DNA of 17,607 nt, from IMG/VR virus record IMGVR_UViG_2896607866_000008, positions 1 to 17,607 of that record; one strand, 5' to 3'. A program made the translations under genes and the position numbers. Source of the DNA: a virus (Duplodnaviria > Heunggongvirae > Uroviricota > Caudoviricetes). The notes beneath the pieces were generated by a model. It was not told the origin of the DNA and did not search any database. It saw only the letters and a program-made list of their open reading frames with translations. This document shows positions 1 to 10,669 of the stretch, piece after piece (the first letter of the stretch is position 1; every line of letters starts with the position of its first letter).

Positions 1-163
1 CACAACATCCGAGGACAGCATCGTCCGCCAGCCTACAGAAGTCCGGAAAGCCATGGAAGGTCGTTGGGAGGAGGTACGAATTCTATCATGCAAAAAATAC
101 GTAAAATCGATAACGCCTAGAAATCATTCAATACTCGCACTATCGAAAGTTTACCAGCCAACC

Positions 164-192
164 GCGGCACGTTCCTGCATACGACGTGCCGC
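164..192. other. Perfect 9-bp inverted repeat (GCGGCACGT / ACGTGCCGC) with an 11-nt loop, just past the stop of the 201-824 gene; possible terminator or protein-binding palindrome
   Basis: Read directly: 164-172 is the reverse complement of 184-192. No strong U-tract on either strand. Confidence 0.3.
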
Positions 193-200
193 AGCTTCTG

Positions 201-824
201 TTATTCCACGATAAAATTCCTAACCGAATTCAAATCCTTCAGACTATTCAGCTCTTCCTTCAGCTCCCGCTGACGGCGATAAATCTCATCGTTGCGATCG
301 ACCTGCGCCTGCACCATTGCTGCCGCCAGTTCTTCCAGTTCCGGCATCGACAGTTTCACCTGCTGATTATCGGCATCGCTCCACGCCATATGTGTTTGTG
401 CTGTGACAGATTTTGCCAGCATGACTACCGGGGACAGGCGGCCCAGTGAGTCGGGACCAGCATTCCAGATACGACCGTTCCATTCAAACGTGAACGGCTT
501 CGCCTCCTGTTCTGCGCGCCATGCTTCAATTTCCTGACGTCTGGCCTCTCTGGCCGCTTCCAGCATTTCTGGTGTCACAGTGAATGGGGCTATCTCACCC
601 CATTTGCCGCTTTGCAGTTCCTGCCAGATTTGCTGACCCGTCGGAGCGACATCATCAGCGGTGGCTGTGTAGGGGACTGCCTGGTCCCTGTCGTCAAAAA
701 AAACGTCACAGTCTACTGCGCCACTTTCGGTATAACGGGGATTAATGATTTTTTTAATTTCCACGATGCATTCCTCACGATGTGCGAATAAAAAGCCCGG
801 GCATTGCGCCAGAGACATGTGCAT
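201..824 (-). CDS. Putative phage tail fibre assembly/chaperone-like protein (207 aa)
   Basis: Long ORF immediately downstream of a side-tail-fibre-like gene; acidic coiled C-terminal half typical of fibre chaperones. Not a clear lambda Tfa match, so the family is inferred mainly from position. Start could be M1 or M3. Confidence 0.45.
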   Translation of the reverse strand: MHMSLAQCPGFLFAHREECIVEIKKIINPRYTESGAVDCDVFFDDRDQAVPYTATADDVAPTGQQIWQELQSGKWGEIAPFTVTPEMLEAAREARRQEIEAWRAEQEAKPFTFEWNGRIWNAGPDSLGRLSPVVMLAKSVTAQTHMAWSDADNQQVKLSMPELEELAAAMVQAQVDRNDEIYRRQRELKEELNSLKDLNSVRNFIVE

Positions 825-1128
825 CCGGCACCCCGGACAGGGCGCAATATGACCCCGGTAATGAATGCTCTGAACATCCCGTAATGAAAAATTGTGGGGA
901 TGCTATATACGTTCCGGTGGGAGTACTGGGCACTGAAATCCCCACCGGTCCCAGTCGTGAGCCTCTGTATGACTGCCCCCTGACAAGTCTGATGACTTTA
1001 TCACCGTCAGCTTCTCCCTGGTACGCAACAATAATCAGCCCGCCAATGTCAGGGTCTCCCCATCTGTTGCGGACAGAGCTCGCCACGATTCTGTAAATAA
1101 TATCTTCTGTGGTTATATTTATTTTCAC
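775..1128 (-). CDS. Hypothetical 117-aa ORF with GTG start overlapping the stop of the upstream fibre gene; possibly the out-of-frame C-terminal remnant of a once-longer Stf
   Basis: The ORF begins at a GTG overlapping the TGA of ORF 1125-2039 and ends inside the start of ORF 201-824. No recognisable motif. Confidence 0.2.
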   Translation of the reverse strand: MKINITTEDIIYRIVASSVRNRWGDPDIGGLIIVAYQGEADGDKVIRLVRGQSYRGSRLGPVGISVPSTPTGTYIASPQFFITGCSEHSLPGSYCALSGVPDAHVSGAMPGLFIRTS

Positions 1129-2039
1129 CCAGTCAGTCTGGATATGGGCCAGTAGCAGTAGCGGGTGTGATAAATGGGGCCGTTAATGCCGTAAAAAGTA
1201 AGGGATTTGGCTCTGTACCGCGGTTCTGTTGTCTCAGGGCGTGCATCAGTCCACCGGATGCTGAGCCCCCCTTCAAACCGTGTGTCGGGTATGATGATGC
1301 CGTAGGGGCCAGCAACGGAATATTCACCTGGCAGCGCATTCCTTACCCAGGCCAGGAAATCACTCTTAGTGTCAAAACGGATAACATCTTCAGGCAGAAA
1401 AGCACACCCAAAGCCGAATGCGCCGGGTATCGCCAGACGGCCTTTTGTCCGGTCGTAAATGTCGCTCTGTGCTTCCATCGTGGCCGCACTTTTCAGCCCC
1501 AGATTATCCCGGGACTTCTGTTGTGCCTTTTCGCCTGCTGCTGCGATTTCAGACAGATGGTTAGCCGTTTTCAGGGTGCCGGTCAGCGCAGCATCAATGT
1601 CATTTTTGGCCTGTTCTGCTGCGCGGGCATAACCTGCGGCTGCCGCCACATCCTGCGCCGTCTGCTGTGCGTTTCCGGCTGCGGCCCCGGCGCTCTGCTG
1701 CGCCTGCGCCACCATTTCCTCAAAGCGTTTGACGACATCCGGTTTCAGGTCGCCCTCATCAGGAGCAATCAGAAAGTCATTCAGCGTGCCGGGCTTTGAG
1801 TCCTCATATACAGCAATGTCGCCAACGTTGTACTCGTTGCGCCAGTCCTGTTTCAGATACACACCATATTTTCCAGTCCGCGCATGGAAACAGTATTCAC
1901 CATCGTTTCCTGTCATCACATCAGCAACAGTGTTCATCACCACTTCCGGGGTGTTTACCCGGGATTTCAGAATAATATGGTATCCGGACATGGGGATACC
2001 TGCGCCATCAGTCAGCGCACCTGATATCACTACAAACAT
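1125..2039 (-). CDS. Side tail fibre protein, lambda Stf-type N-terminal domain (304 aa, much shorter than full-length Stf proteins)
   Basis: N-terminus MFVVISGALTDGAGIP...VYEDSKPGTLNDFL matches the conserved prophage tail-fibre N-terminal domain of lambda Stf / Rac StfR (MAVKISGVLKDGTGKP...VYEDSQPGTLNDFL), followed by an Ala/Gln-rich coiled region. Full-length Stf proteins are several hundred residues longer. Confidence 0.65.
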   Translation of the reverse strand: MFVVISGALTDGAGIPMSGYHIILKSRVNTPEVVMNTVADVMTGNDGEYCFHARTGKYGVYLKQDWRNEYNVGDIAVYEDSKPGTLNDFLIAPDEGDLKPDVVKRFEEMVAQAQQSAGAAAGNAQQTAQDVAAAAGYARAAEQAKNDIDAALTGTLKTANHLSEIAAAGEKAQQKSRDNLGLKSAATMEAQSDIYDRTKGRLAIPGAFGFGCAFLPEDVIRFDTKSDFLAWVRNALPGEYSVAGPYGIIIPDTRFEGGLSIRWTDARPETTEPRYRAKSLTFYGINGPIYHTRYCYWPISRLTG

Positions 2040-2062
2040 TGTTTTTCTCGCGATAAATTAAA

Positions 2063-2608
2063 TCAGGAAGAACCTTCCGGAGAGGCGGGCCATTCAATGG
2101 CGTTGTATGAGGATTTATCAGTGATGGTGCTGAAATCCATCGCCTGCAGCGATTTCGCGTAAATACGACAGGCTTTCAGCTTTTCTTTATCTTCGTCGCT
2201 GATTAACCCCAGCAGCAGGTCTTCTTCCCATTCCCCTGTCCGGGCACTGACCTGAGCCAGAAGGGCATCACGCTCATCTTCCGCTTTGAGTCTGTAGTCA
2301 AAGACAAATTCATCATTGCGGTAAAACCAGTAACCCGGCGCGGTAATCCGTCGGTTAGCGGTAATATCAGGAACTTCAATAACACTGGCATTGCGTGGCT
2401 CGATGCCTGTCACATCCTTACCGACCCACACCACGCGACCATCTCCGGTGTAAGCTATTTTTATTGTGTCGCTGGCGAAATTCTTCAGCTCTTCATACCA
2501 GTTTTTTCCGTCTTCTGAAAAAAGCCAGGAGACCGAATATCGTTTTGTCATCTGATATTGTTCTGCTGTTTTCGGATTACCCGCAGTAATATTTTTTAAA
2601 TGCAACAT
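2063..2608 (-). CDS. Tail fibre assembly protein (Tfa family chaperone, 181 aa)
   Basis: N-terminal MLHLKNITAGNPKT...WLFSEDGKNWYEE and C-terminal ...IEWPASP are characteristic of Tfa chaperones (lambda Tfa ends DIEWPALP). It sits directly downstream of the tail fibre gene. Confidence 0.75.
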   Translation of the reverse strand: MLHLKNITAGNPKTAEQYQMTKRYSVSWLFSEDGKNWYEELKNFASDTIKIAYTGDGRVVWVGKDVTGIEPRNASVIEVPDITANRRITAPGYWFYRNDEFVFDYRLKAEDERDALLAQVSARTGEWEEDLLLGLISDEDKEKLKACRIYAKSLQAMDFSTITDKSSYNAIEWPASPEGSS

Positions 2609-2610
2609 TG

Positions 2611-3996
2611 TTAAATACTCGCTACGTTATACCAGGTGCCATTAATCAGTTTTTGCAGTGGTCGGTAATACACACCGTCAACGTTATCCGCTGAGTTACG
2701 GCCGGTATCCGATATCGCCATCCCTGACAGCCCGTGTCCCGAAGGTGCGCAAAATCTCCACGAAACGGTGTTACTGCCGGGGCTGTAATACATTTCATGG
2801 CCATACCGTACATCCTGTACCCCCTCTGTTCGATATTTATAGCGGGCATCGAAGTTTCCGTAATTTAACGGAATTACCTGTCCGTTAACAGTGAACACTA
2901 TGCTGTTATCCGGGTTTCTCTGGCTGAAAAAATGCCAGCCTGAATCATCGCCAAGCTCTGCAACAACAGGCCTGGATGGATTACCCCACAAATAAAACGC
3001 TGCATTTTTCGTGGAGTTGTTGGCGCTGGATAACGTGAATTTTCTGGCAGTTCCGGCCTGAATATTCTTAAAAGCAATAGCCACTCCATTCTGAAAGCGG
3101 AATACACGCTGACTATTAGCATAAACATCCAGAATACCGTCTCCATTCTGTTTAAATCCGGTGTCATTATCACCAAGAACAATTGAATTCCCCCCCAGGG
3201 CGTTCTGAACGCCGATACCCAGCGCACCATTGACCTGCGAACCACCGCCAACAGACACTTTATGCGACATGGATATTTCACCCGTCCGCAAATTAATGGT
3301 GAACGGGCGCAGGGGACCAATATCGCCATTTTCCCCCTGACCTTCACTGGTGGGAATAAGGTGCAGGCACTCTTCCGAACGACGAAAAATCAGGCCAAAA
3401 GCTTCGTTGAAAATCCTCAGCGCATTAACACCACGGATTTTCAGCTCTCCGGTTATTTTATCGCCTTCCCGATGAACATAGCGTTGATCTGACTGCTCTT
3501 TACTGTAAACCTGAAGATTATCCCGTGCCGTCCCTTTATTCTGAAGGTCTGACAGATTGTTCTTCTGCCGCAGGAATATCCTTTTCGGATCCTCAAGAAG
3601 ATTTACCCAGCCCGCACTGTCGGAGCCTTCAGGATCGGTCAGGTTATCGTCTGTGGTATTCAGCCAGACCGCTGTTGTTGCGACTCCGGCGAGAATGGCT
3701 CCTTTTGCATATCCACCAATGGCCCCCGCAAAACCGGCATTATACGTGTACAAACCGCCAGCCTGGGCGAACCGTATTGCTGCGGTAATATCGTACATCA
3801 GACCGTTAAAATCCTTGCCGTGTGGCGGTATACCTCCCGCTGAGACCGCTGTCATGGTCACCGGAGGAAAACCTGAATCATACGCAGCATTACCGCTCTC
3901 TCTGGTCTGCTGTGTCGCCTTGTCCGGGATACGGTTTTTATCTCCGGTACTCGCAAAGGGGACCGCCAGCTGGCGGGGTTTATCACTGGCCTTCAT
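2611..3996 (-). CDS. Tail fibre protein with P2 gpH-like C-terminal receptor-binding region (461 aa)
   Basis: C-terminal block [50 protein letters not shown] ... [11 protein letters not shown] matches the conserved distal tail-fibre domain of P2 H-type fibres as I recall it. Its position between the baseplate I-like gene and Tfa fits. Confidence 0.7.
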   Translation of the reverse strand: MKASDKPRQLAVPFASTGDKNRIPDKATQQTRESGNAAYDSGFPPVTMTAVSAGGIPPHGKDFNGLMYDITAAIRFAQAGGLYTYNAGFAGAIGGYAKGAILAGVATTAVWLNTTDDNLTDPEGSDSAGWVNLLEDPKRIFLRQKNNLSDLQNKGTARDNLQVYSKEQSDQRYVHREGDKITGELKIRGVNALRIFNEAFGLIFRRSEECLHLIPTSEGQGENGDIGPLRPFTINLRTGEISMSHKVSVGGGSQVNGALGIGVQNALGGNSIVLGDNDTGFKQNGDGILDVYANSQRVFRFQNGVAIAFKNIQAGTARKFTLSSANNSTKNAAFYLWGNPSRPVVAELGDDSGWHFFSQRNPDNSIVFTVNGQVIPLNYGNFDARYKYRTEGVQDVRYGHEMYYSPGSNTVSWRFCAPSGHGLSGMAISDTGRNSADNVDGVYYRPLQKLINGTWYNVASI

Positions 3997-4587
3997 TACG
4001 GGACTCCTTTAAAACTACTGAAACATAAACACCCGGCGGGGATGGCAGTGCACCCGACGACTGGATAATCGCCAGTTCTGCCAACGAGAGCGCGGACTCA
4101 AAGACGTAACTCATCCTCAGCCCACCATTATTCAGAACATAAGCCCGCCGTTTTTTTCCGAACATAAATCTCAGCATCCGGTTAATATCCGGAACGGAAC
4201 AGTCAGTAATGTTCGACATGGCTTTCATCAGTATCAGCCGCCGGTATACAGCATCAGACAGGTCAACAGTCCGGGTATCCGATTTTCCGTTGTAAAACGG
4301 TGCCTGATTAAACGGACAGGGATCATCCATTACCGGGGTGTCCATCCTGGACTCGCTGAAGCCAGGTAATTAAAATCGTCCTTTACCGTCAGCCGGCGAC
4401 TGACACCCACAATCTTTCCCCAGACATCAAGACCATACTTTTCTGCGGTATCGATGTTCCAGATAAGACCATAAAAATCACTGATAAAACTGTCGGGGGA
4501 AAGCGCTGCGTTAAAGCTGTTAATGAGGGCATTGAGTCGGGGGCTGGCAGCATACTGCGCAAGCACAGTGGCAGCCACATTCTGCAC
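3983..4587 (-). pseudogene. Baseplate/tail protein I-like (Mu gp48 / YmfQ-like), split into 85-aa and 120-aa ORFs by a frameshift near 4330-4345
   Basis: Two adjacent ORFs in different frames overlap by 16 nt; together about 200 aa, the size of YmfQ/gp48-type proteins, and located exactly between the J-like gene and the tail fibre. The upstream frame ends ...SPGWTPR-stop and the downstream frame starts MDTPVMDD. Confidence 0.5.
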
Positions 4588-4588
4588 G

Positions 4589-5830
4589 TTATGCCTCCTG
4601 GAGTTTCACACTGATATCCGACACATCCAGAACCGGAATCTCATCTATCCCGAAAGTGACAGCCGTTGTCCATGACGAACCGTCACGGCTCACAGTAAGG
4701 CCCAGAATATCAATATGTTCCGGATCGGTTTTGTAAATGCCGGCATAGTAGCGCCCGGCAGAGACAACAGAGGCAACCCTTGCCCGCAGACCACCATCTG
4801 TACCATTAAATGCGTCCAGCACGGATTGCTGTACCTGTCGGGTAATATCTGAAGGCAGGTAGTCACTTTTTTTCAGAGTCACACTGACATGCAGACTGAC
4901 GGGTTTGAGTGTCTGCCAGCTGATCACGTATTCAGGATACGGCGGATCGTACTCCTTATCTGCAACAGTGAACGTTGTGTTGCCATTCATATCAATACCC
5001 GGCGGAGCCTTACGCCAGATGGCCGCCGCGATATCTGCCGGGCTGCCGCCGTACACGCCAACATAAAGCGAACCGGGTGTTAATGGATACTGACTGACTC
5101 CGGCTTTTTGTTCTGTTTTTTTCGGATTATGGGTGACGTAAACATCCACCACGTTTTCCACCGTGGAGAGTATTTCACCCCGGATGGCTTCCAGAATATT
5201 CCGGGCATTACGGGCAACTGAATTACGTCGGCGGTTTTCAAAGTCCGCACGGGTTTCCTCATCGCTGCCCGGCACACCGGCACTGGCGTTAGTGACACCT
5301 GACCAGCCAGGTATTGCCTTATAAATTTTATTCAGCGTCCCCACAGGACAGCCGACGGGGCCGGTGGACAAATTCAGAAATACCGCATCAACCTGCCCTG
5401 ATGCGCCGATAGTGACGTCTGACTGACTGACATACTTATAACCGGCCTCATCCTGCGCCATACTGCCCGCCGGGATCAGCGTGCCAACCAGCCCGGTACA
5501 GGTCGCTGTTACTGTCGTACCTGTGGCCCCGCGGCGCTCCAGGAAATAAATCCTGCCTATTGCATCCTGAAAGCGACCACTGGAAAAGTCAGGGTTGATC
5601 TGGTTAACGATATACAGCAACTGATCGTTTTTATCCGCAATAATGGCGCTTTCGCTGGATGCAAGTTGTCCCTGCGGACTGCTCAGACTGGTACTCATGG
5701 CCCCGCCCAGCGCCGCCGAAAAATCAGCAAGCCTGCCGCTCAGAATATCCGCTTCATCCGGCACATTCAGCCCGCTATCCGAAATCTGTACAGCGGGCAC
5801 TGCGGTAGAAAAAGATTTATTTTCACTCAT
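4589..5830 (-). CDS. Baseplate J-like protein (Mu gp47 / P2 gpJ family, 413 aa)
   Basis: Size, position after a W/gp25-like gene and before the I-like gene, and overall resemblance to baseplate J family proteins. ATGA-type overlap with the upstream gene. Confidence 0.7.
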   Translation of the reverse strand: MSENKSFSTAVPAVQISDSGLNVPDEADILSGRLADFSAALGGAMSTSLSSPQGQLASSESAIIADKNDQLLYIVNQINPDFSSGRFQDAIGRIYFLERRGATGTTVTATCTGLVGTLIPAGSMAQDEAGYKYVSQSDVTIGASGQVDAVFLNLSTGPVGCPVGTLNKIYKAIPGWSGVTNASAGVPGSDEETRADFENRRRNSVARNARNILEAIRGEILSTVENVVDVYVTHNPKKTEQKAGVSQYPLTPGSLYVGVYGGSPADIAAAIWRKAPPGIDMNGNTTFTVADKEYDPPYPEYVISWQTLKPVSLHVSVTLKKSDYLPSDITRQVQQSVLDAFNGTDGGLRARVASVVSAGRYYAGIYKTDPEHIDILGLTVSRDGSSWTTAVTFGIDEIPVLDVSDISVKLQEA

Positions 5831-6183
5831 AGCAGTACCGTAAAAATGTCATTATTGGTATCTGTAATACGCAGCACACCTGTTACTGTCCGGGTTTGAT
5901 CAGCTGTGACCAGGCAGACAGCGGCGCTCACGGTCGGCAGTTTAAGTGCTTCCTGTTGCAGAGTGGCATTCACCAGTTGTTTGCCGGGCCAGTGTCCGAG
6001 GATGCGTGGCCAGTAAGGTATGCCAGCCGTTGAGTCGTACCAGCACTCCCCCAGAAAAGTACTGCACGCACACGCCACATCCTGAGCTACCGCATGGGGA
6101 TTATCAGTAATGGCAAGATTTCCGGTATCATCAAGCAGGATATCCCATGTCCCGGTGTCAAGAAGAAGTGATCGTGACTGCAT
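5827..6183 (-). CDS. Baseplate wedge protein (GPW/gp25-like, Mu gp46-like, 118 aa)
   Basis: Small ORF between the spike V-like and J-like genes, 4-nt overlap with the J-like gene; conserved gene order V-W-J-I-H-G. Confidence 0.55.
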   Translation of the reverse strand: MQSRSLLLDTGTWDILLDDTGNLAITDNPHAVAQDVACACSTFLGECWYDSTAGIPYWPRILGHWPGKQLVNATLQQEALKLPTVSAAVCLVTADQTRTVTGVLRITDTNNDIFTVLL

Positions 6184-6195
6184 GTTTTCTCCTGT

Positions 6196-6873
6196 TTACC
6201 GGGGTCCCTGCGTGGTTGAGCCGCCGGACTCAACGCCGCCGTGAACGTGGTTTCCAAAATCAATACCCCCGATGTTCGAACCGCCGGAAAGCCTGGACTG
6301 CCCGGTAACGTCAAGCCCCTTACTGACGGCGGTATCGCCGTTCAGCGCAATTTGTGGTGAATTAACGGTGAAGCTTTTCGGCGCATTAATCACACCCTCA
6401 GGCGCGGATATCTCCACTTTCCAGGGAGATACAATCCGTATCTGGTTGTCATCAAATACCACAAACTGGACGGGATCACCGTTGAGCACGCCACCCAGCC
6501 AGATGGCATCAGCATAATTATGGGTACGCTTTGATCCCGGCATCGCAGCCTGACGCGTGGCTTTTACCGCACTGATATCCCGATCGCAGATGGCAAGAAA
6601 ACCGATATCCCCCACATGTGGCGGCATAATCACCGCATTACCGCCCCCCTGTAGTCGCCATACGGGAATGTTATAAATCACCTCATGTTCAACCGGGGAA
6701 CCGTCTGCTGCAACGCCCATTACCATCGGTCGGGCCTCAATAAATCCCTCTTCCACGGCTACCACCCGTCCCAGAGTGATAAACGCATGACGTCCGAGAA
6801 ACTGCCGCAGCATAAAGTCCTGTGCATTGATTTCGCTGTTCACGTCTGTCGGGTTACTGAGTGGTTGTGCCAT
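6196..6873 (-). CDS. Baseplate spike / assembly protein V-like (Mu gp45-like, 225 aa)
   Basis: Gly-rich C-terminus with HxH motif (GIDFGNHVHGGVESGG) typical of phage central spike proteins; position upstream of the W-like gene. Confidence 0.65.
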   Translation of the reverse strand: MAQPLSNPTDVNSEINAQDFMLRQFLGRHAFITLGRVVAVEEGFIEARPMVMGVAADGSPVEHEVIYNIPVWRLQGGGNAVIMPPHVGDIGFLAICDRDISAVKATRQAAMPGSKRTHNYADAIWLGGVLNGDPVQFVVFDDNQIRIVSPWKVEISAPEGVINAPKSFTVNSPQIALNGDTAVSKGLDVTGQSRLSGGSNIGGIDFGNHVHGGVESGGSTTQGPR

Positions 6874-7723
6874 TTTCTTCAGCCCTCATCATGGTACAGT
6901 TGGAACTCCACGGACCGCCCACGGTTCGCGAAGTAATGGTGTGTATCACCCCTGTGATCGTATAATCGCCCGTCATATCAGGCAGTGACGATTCCAGATG
7001 CGCTGGCCTGCCAGTAAAGAGATCGGGGCAGAATATCGTGGTGGCGCTGAGTCCGGTCATGGTGTAAACCGGATAGCCAGTCAGTCCGTGATCCGGCGAA
7101 ATCAGTACCGGCGGAATATTCCGGTTCTGCCCTTTCGGCCAGATGGTGACTTTCTCCACATTCCCCAGATCAATGTTAATATCGGCGGCTGAAGCGACAT
7201 CCAGCATTTGTTGTACAACATTACCGGAAAAATGCGGGTCAGACAGACTGCGGCTGACCCCCTGGTTTTCAAATCCAAGCCCGACAGTTGACGCCAGCGC
7301 ACGGATAATATCTGCAACCGCAACATCGCCCTTTGCGCTGAAATCTGCCGCCGGCTGATTACGCAGATTAAAATGAATCTGTCCTGTCAGAATGAGCGGA
7401 ATATCCGGCGCCTGGTTGTAGTCGGCGTATGCATCAGTAATATCACCTTCAAAAATAAGCCGCCCGTCGGCCCACAGCCGCATTTTATTTGCGGTACTCT
7501 GCTCCTGTCGCCACACACCGCGCCAGCTTAAATTCGTCATATGCGCCGGTGACATTCCCCAGATATACAGCGTGATTTGTGTACCAGCCACCCCTCCATA
7601 TACGGCAATACTGGCAAAACAGCTTGCGTCGGTAATGGTCAGCATATTGCCCTGGCCATTACCAAACGTTCGTCCGTCTGAAAGAGTGAACTCCACCGTT
7701 ATTTTATGTTGTCTGTAGCTCAT
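6854..7723 (-). CDS. Phage tail/baseplate-associated protein (possible hub-like, 289 aa)
   Basis: Long ORF in the tail module immediately upstream of the spike gene, 20-nt overlap with it. No diagnostic motif recognised; assignment is by context. Confidence 0.4.
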   Translation of the reverse strand: MSYRQHKITVEFTLSDGRTFGNGQGNMLTITDASCFASIAVYGGVAGTQITLYIWGMSPAHMTNLSWRGVWRQEQSTANKMRLWADGRLIFEGDITDAYADYNQAPDIPLILTGQIHFNLRNQPAADFSAKGDVAVADIIRALASTVGLGFENQGVSRSLSDPHFSGNVVQQMLDVASAADINIDLGNVEKVTIWPKGQNRNIPPVLISPDHGLTGYPVYTMTGLSATTIFCPDLFTGRPAHLESSLPDMTGDYTITGVIHTITSRTVGGPWSSNCTMMRAEENGTTTQ

Positions 7724-8022
7724 ATCAGTTCCTCAGGTAACAGCCAGTAGAGCCGGTACCGGGATCCGAGCCCCCGCCAGTCAGGGTCACTATTCCCCTC
7801 CGTGTCGGTAAAAAACAGGTCCCCCTGAAACGGCAGGTATCCGTACCGGACAATCCGGTTATTATTCAGACACAGCACGCCATACAGGCACGGTTCACCA
7901 TTAACAATGATATCGATATACATCCCCGTAGTACGCTGATTCAGGCGAATGGTGCAGACCTGAGCGCCCAGTGTCACCGTAAACTGCTGGGCTTTAACGG
8001 GAGATAAAACAATTTCCAGCAT
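7720..8022 (-). CDS. Hypothetical phage protein (100 aa)
   Basis: ORF with a 4-nt ATGA-type overlap to the downstream 289-aa gene, suggesting translational coupling. Confidence 0.4.
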   Translation of the reverse strand: MLEIVLSPVKAQQFTVTLGAQVCTIRLNQRTTGMYIDIIVNGEPCLYGVLCLNNNRIVRYGYLPFQGDLFFTDTEGNSDPDWRGLGSRYRLYWLLPEELI

Positions 8023-8288
8023 CAGGTGATCCCCCTGTTCGTGGCGCTTCGTCTGTCAGCGTCTGACGGTTGTGTCACCGACGCCGTAACTGGCTGCGTT
8101 TTAACCGATGCGGCCCCTTTTGCTTTATCGTTGTCCGTGGGAGACGACTTATCCGTACTTCCCACTGACACCTCTCCTGTATTCATTACGGTCTGAAATA
8201 CCGCAGTAACCGTCAGTAAGGTCGGACCACTCATCGTCTTTACGCGGATCGCTACGCCAGTGAAACGTAAACACCGGGATTTTTCCAC
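8022..8288 (-). CDS. Small hypothetical ORF with low-complexity Ser/Thr/Asp-rich tail; start uncertain (M1 8288, M19 8234 or M35 8186)
   Basis: ORF in a different frame overlapping the 3' end of the truncated terminase ORF. It may be a small YmfR-like gene or an out-of-frame remnant. Confidence 0.25.
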   Translation of the reverse strand: MEKSRCLRFTGVAIRVKTMSGPTLLTVTAVFQTVMNTGEVSVGSTDKSSPTDNDKAKGAASVKTQPVTASVTQPSDADRRSATNRGIT

Positions 8289-9018
8289 TGTGCCGCTTCT
8301 GTGCGAAGGGGTTGTTCATACCGTTAACCGATGAGAGATCGATACGACATCGGGTTGTCTGGGAAAGCGCGGCATCAATAAGTAATGGTCGCTGGAGAAA
8401 AGCAGCCTCATCCACAAAATAAAGGGTCGTACGGTCACCACGACCGATATTATCGCCAGCCTCACCTTTGATAACCGCGCCAGTTTCAGGAAACTCAACA
8501 CGCATATATGGCGCGTGCTTCTTCTCGCTCCACGAACCGCGAAACTCTACAGGTAGTGTTTCCACGAACTTGCGCGCCTTCCAGAACAATGCTTTCGGGT
8601 CACCGGTGCTGTCGACGTATTCCTCTTTACGGGAGCCGAAACCGATAACCATTTCTTTGTTGAAGAGACAAAGCGAGCAGGCCAGTCCGATCGCGGTCCA
8701 ACTGAGCCCCATTTCACGGGATTTTTCGGTAATACCATTCTCCCGATTGCTCCAGCGTTTCATAATCCAGTGGATCCACTCCTCCTGCTTAGGGAAGAGT
8801 AAAAACGGAATGGTCACCGGCAGGCCATAATCAATATTACGCGGGTCCGTTGTCATGCCCCAGTCGATAATGAACTGAGCCGGGTTGGTACGGTAAAACT
8901 GTTTTAGTGCAGGCAATATTTCAGGATTCTGGCGAATGCGCTGTAGGCGTTCCATCCGCCATTCAAAAACCATCTGGTAATCAGGATGTTTAAAATCGAA
9001 GGGGAATGGTAACGGCAT
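8149..9018 (-). CDS. Terminase large subunit, N-terminal ATPase domain only (289 aa; nuclease domain absent), likely a truncated remnant
   Basis: Walker-B-like LYFVDEAAF and downstream SSVNG motif typical of TerL ATPase domains. The ORF stops after 289 aa with no nuclease domain, and the next genes are baseplate genes rather than portal/capsid. Confidence 0.55.
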   Translation of the reverse strand: MPLPFPFDFKHPDYQMVFEWRMERLQRIRQNPEILPALKQFYRTNPAQFIIDWGMTTDPRNIDYGLPVTIPFLLFPKQEEWIHWIMKRWSNRENGITEKSREMGLSWTAIGLACSLCLFNKEMVIGFGSRKEEYVDSTGDPKALFWKARKFVETLPVEFRGSWSEKKHAPYMRVEFPETGAVIKGEAGDNIGRGDRTTLYFVDEAAFLQRPLLIDAALSQTTRCRIDLSSVNGMNNPFAQKRHSGKIPVFTFHWRSDPRKDDEWSDLTDGYCGISDRNEYRRGVSGKYG

Positions 9019-9020
9019 AC

Positions 9021-9253
9021 TTAGCCCATCATTTTTCTATACACCTCTGCGGCCTGCTCAGGCGTTAATTTGGTAATTTCTGTTCTGACTGGTCCTCCGT
9101 CAGCGCCAGTCACTTCATTTTTGACGTTGTCTTTAAACGCCTGAACAGAAACATGGCGCCCAAGCAACTCAAGGTTTTTAACCTTATCAGGCCATTTGAT
9201 TTTCTTCAGAAGTGCGGCGCTATCTGCGGATACCATCTCCACGACATCCATTC
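9021..9253 (-). pseudogene. 3' fragment (about 77 codons) of a phage gene upstream of terminase large subunit, 5'-truncated by IS911
   Basis: The reading frame runs from inside the IS911 left end (so the N-terminal 24 codons are IS-encoded) to a stop 3 nt before the TerL start. Identity unknown; a small-terminase or DNA-binding protein is a guess. Confidence 0.35.
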
Positions 9254-9325
9254 TGAAGTGGCACACTGAATTTGGCCACCTGAACAGAGGTGATATGCTC
9301 ACCTCAGAACAACACAGGTGCTCCA

Positions 9326-10494
<1,169 letters not shown>

Positions 10495-10669
10495 CCACTT
10501 CAATCCCCCATGTCACATAGCTTGAACTGAATCAGATCCTTCACAAGCTGCTCAGCCTTTTTAATGGCCTTCTTCTCTTTCTTCCGACGAGTCATGAGAG
10601 CGCTATGAGGTAGCCTGAGTTTAACGGACACTCCTTCCTGAAATAGAATGGCATCAGAAGGAGCTAATA

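Noticed and set aside
1-160. C-terminus of a DNA invertase (Pin/Gin-like) on the plus strand at the left edge
   Set aside because: None of the three plus-strand frames gives a recognisable serine-recombinase C-terminal HTH; the 160 bp is too short and shows no motif. Left as an open possibility only.
1167-1799. 210-aa plus-strand ORF
   Set aside because: It lies entirely antisense to the Stf-like gene, is Cys/Arg-rich with low complexity, and has no SD or recognisable motif; an out-of-frame shadow ORF.
3557-4012. 151-aa plus-strand ORF (and neighbouring 76-87 aa plus-strand ORFs at 3262-3788)
   Set aside because: Antisense to the tail fibre gene, whose protein-level motifs are convincing; no independent support.
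4320-4350. Programmed ribosomal frameshift in the YmfQ-like gene
   Set aside because: No slippery heptamer or downstream structure; a simple indel or pseudogenisation is more parsimonious.
201-9018. Tailocin (R-type pyocin-like) or contractile injection system
   Set aside because: Sheath, tube, tape-measure and baseplate hub/ATPase genes typical of such systems are absent; only the baseplate periphery and fibres remain next to a terminase fragment, which indicates a decayed prophage.
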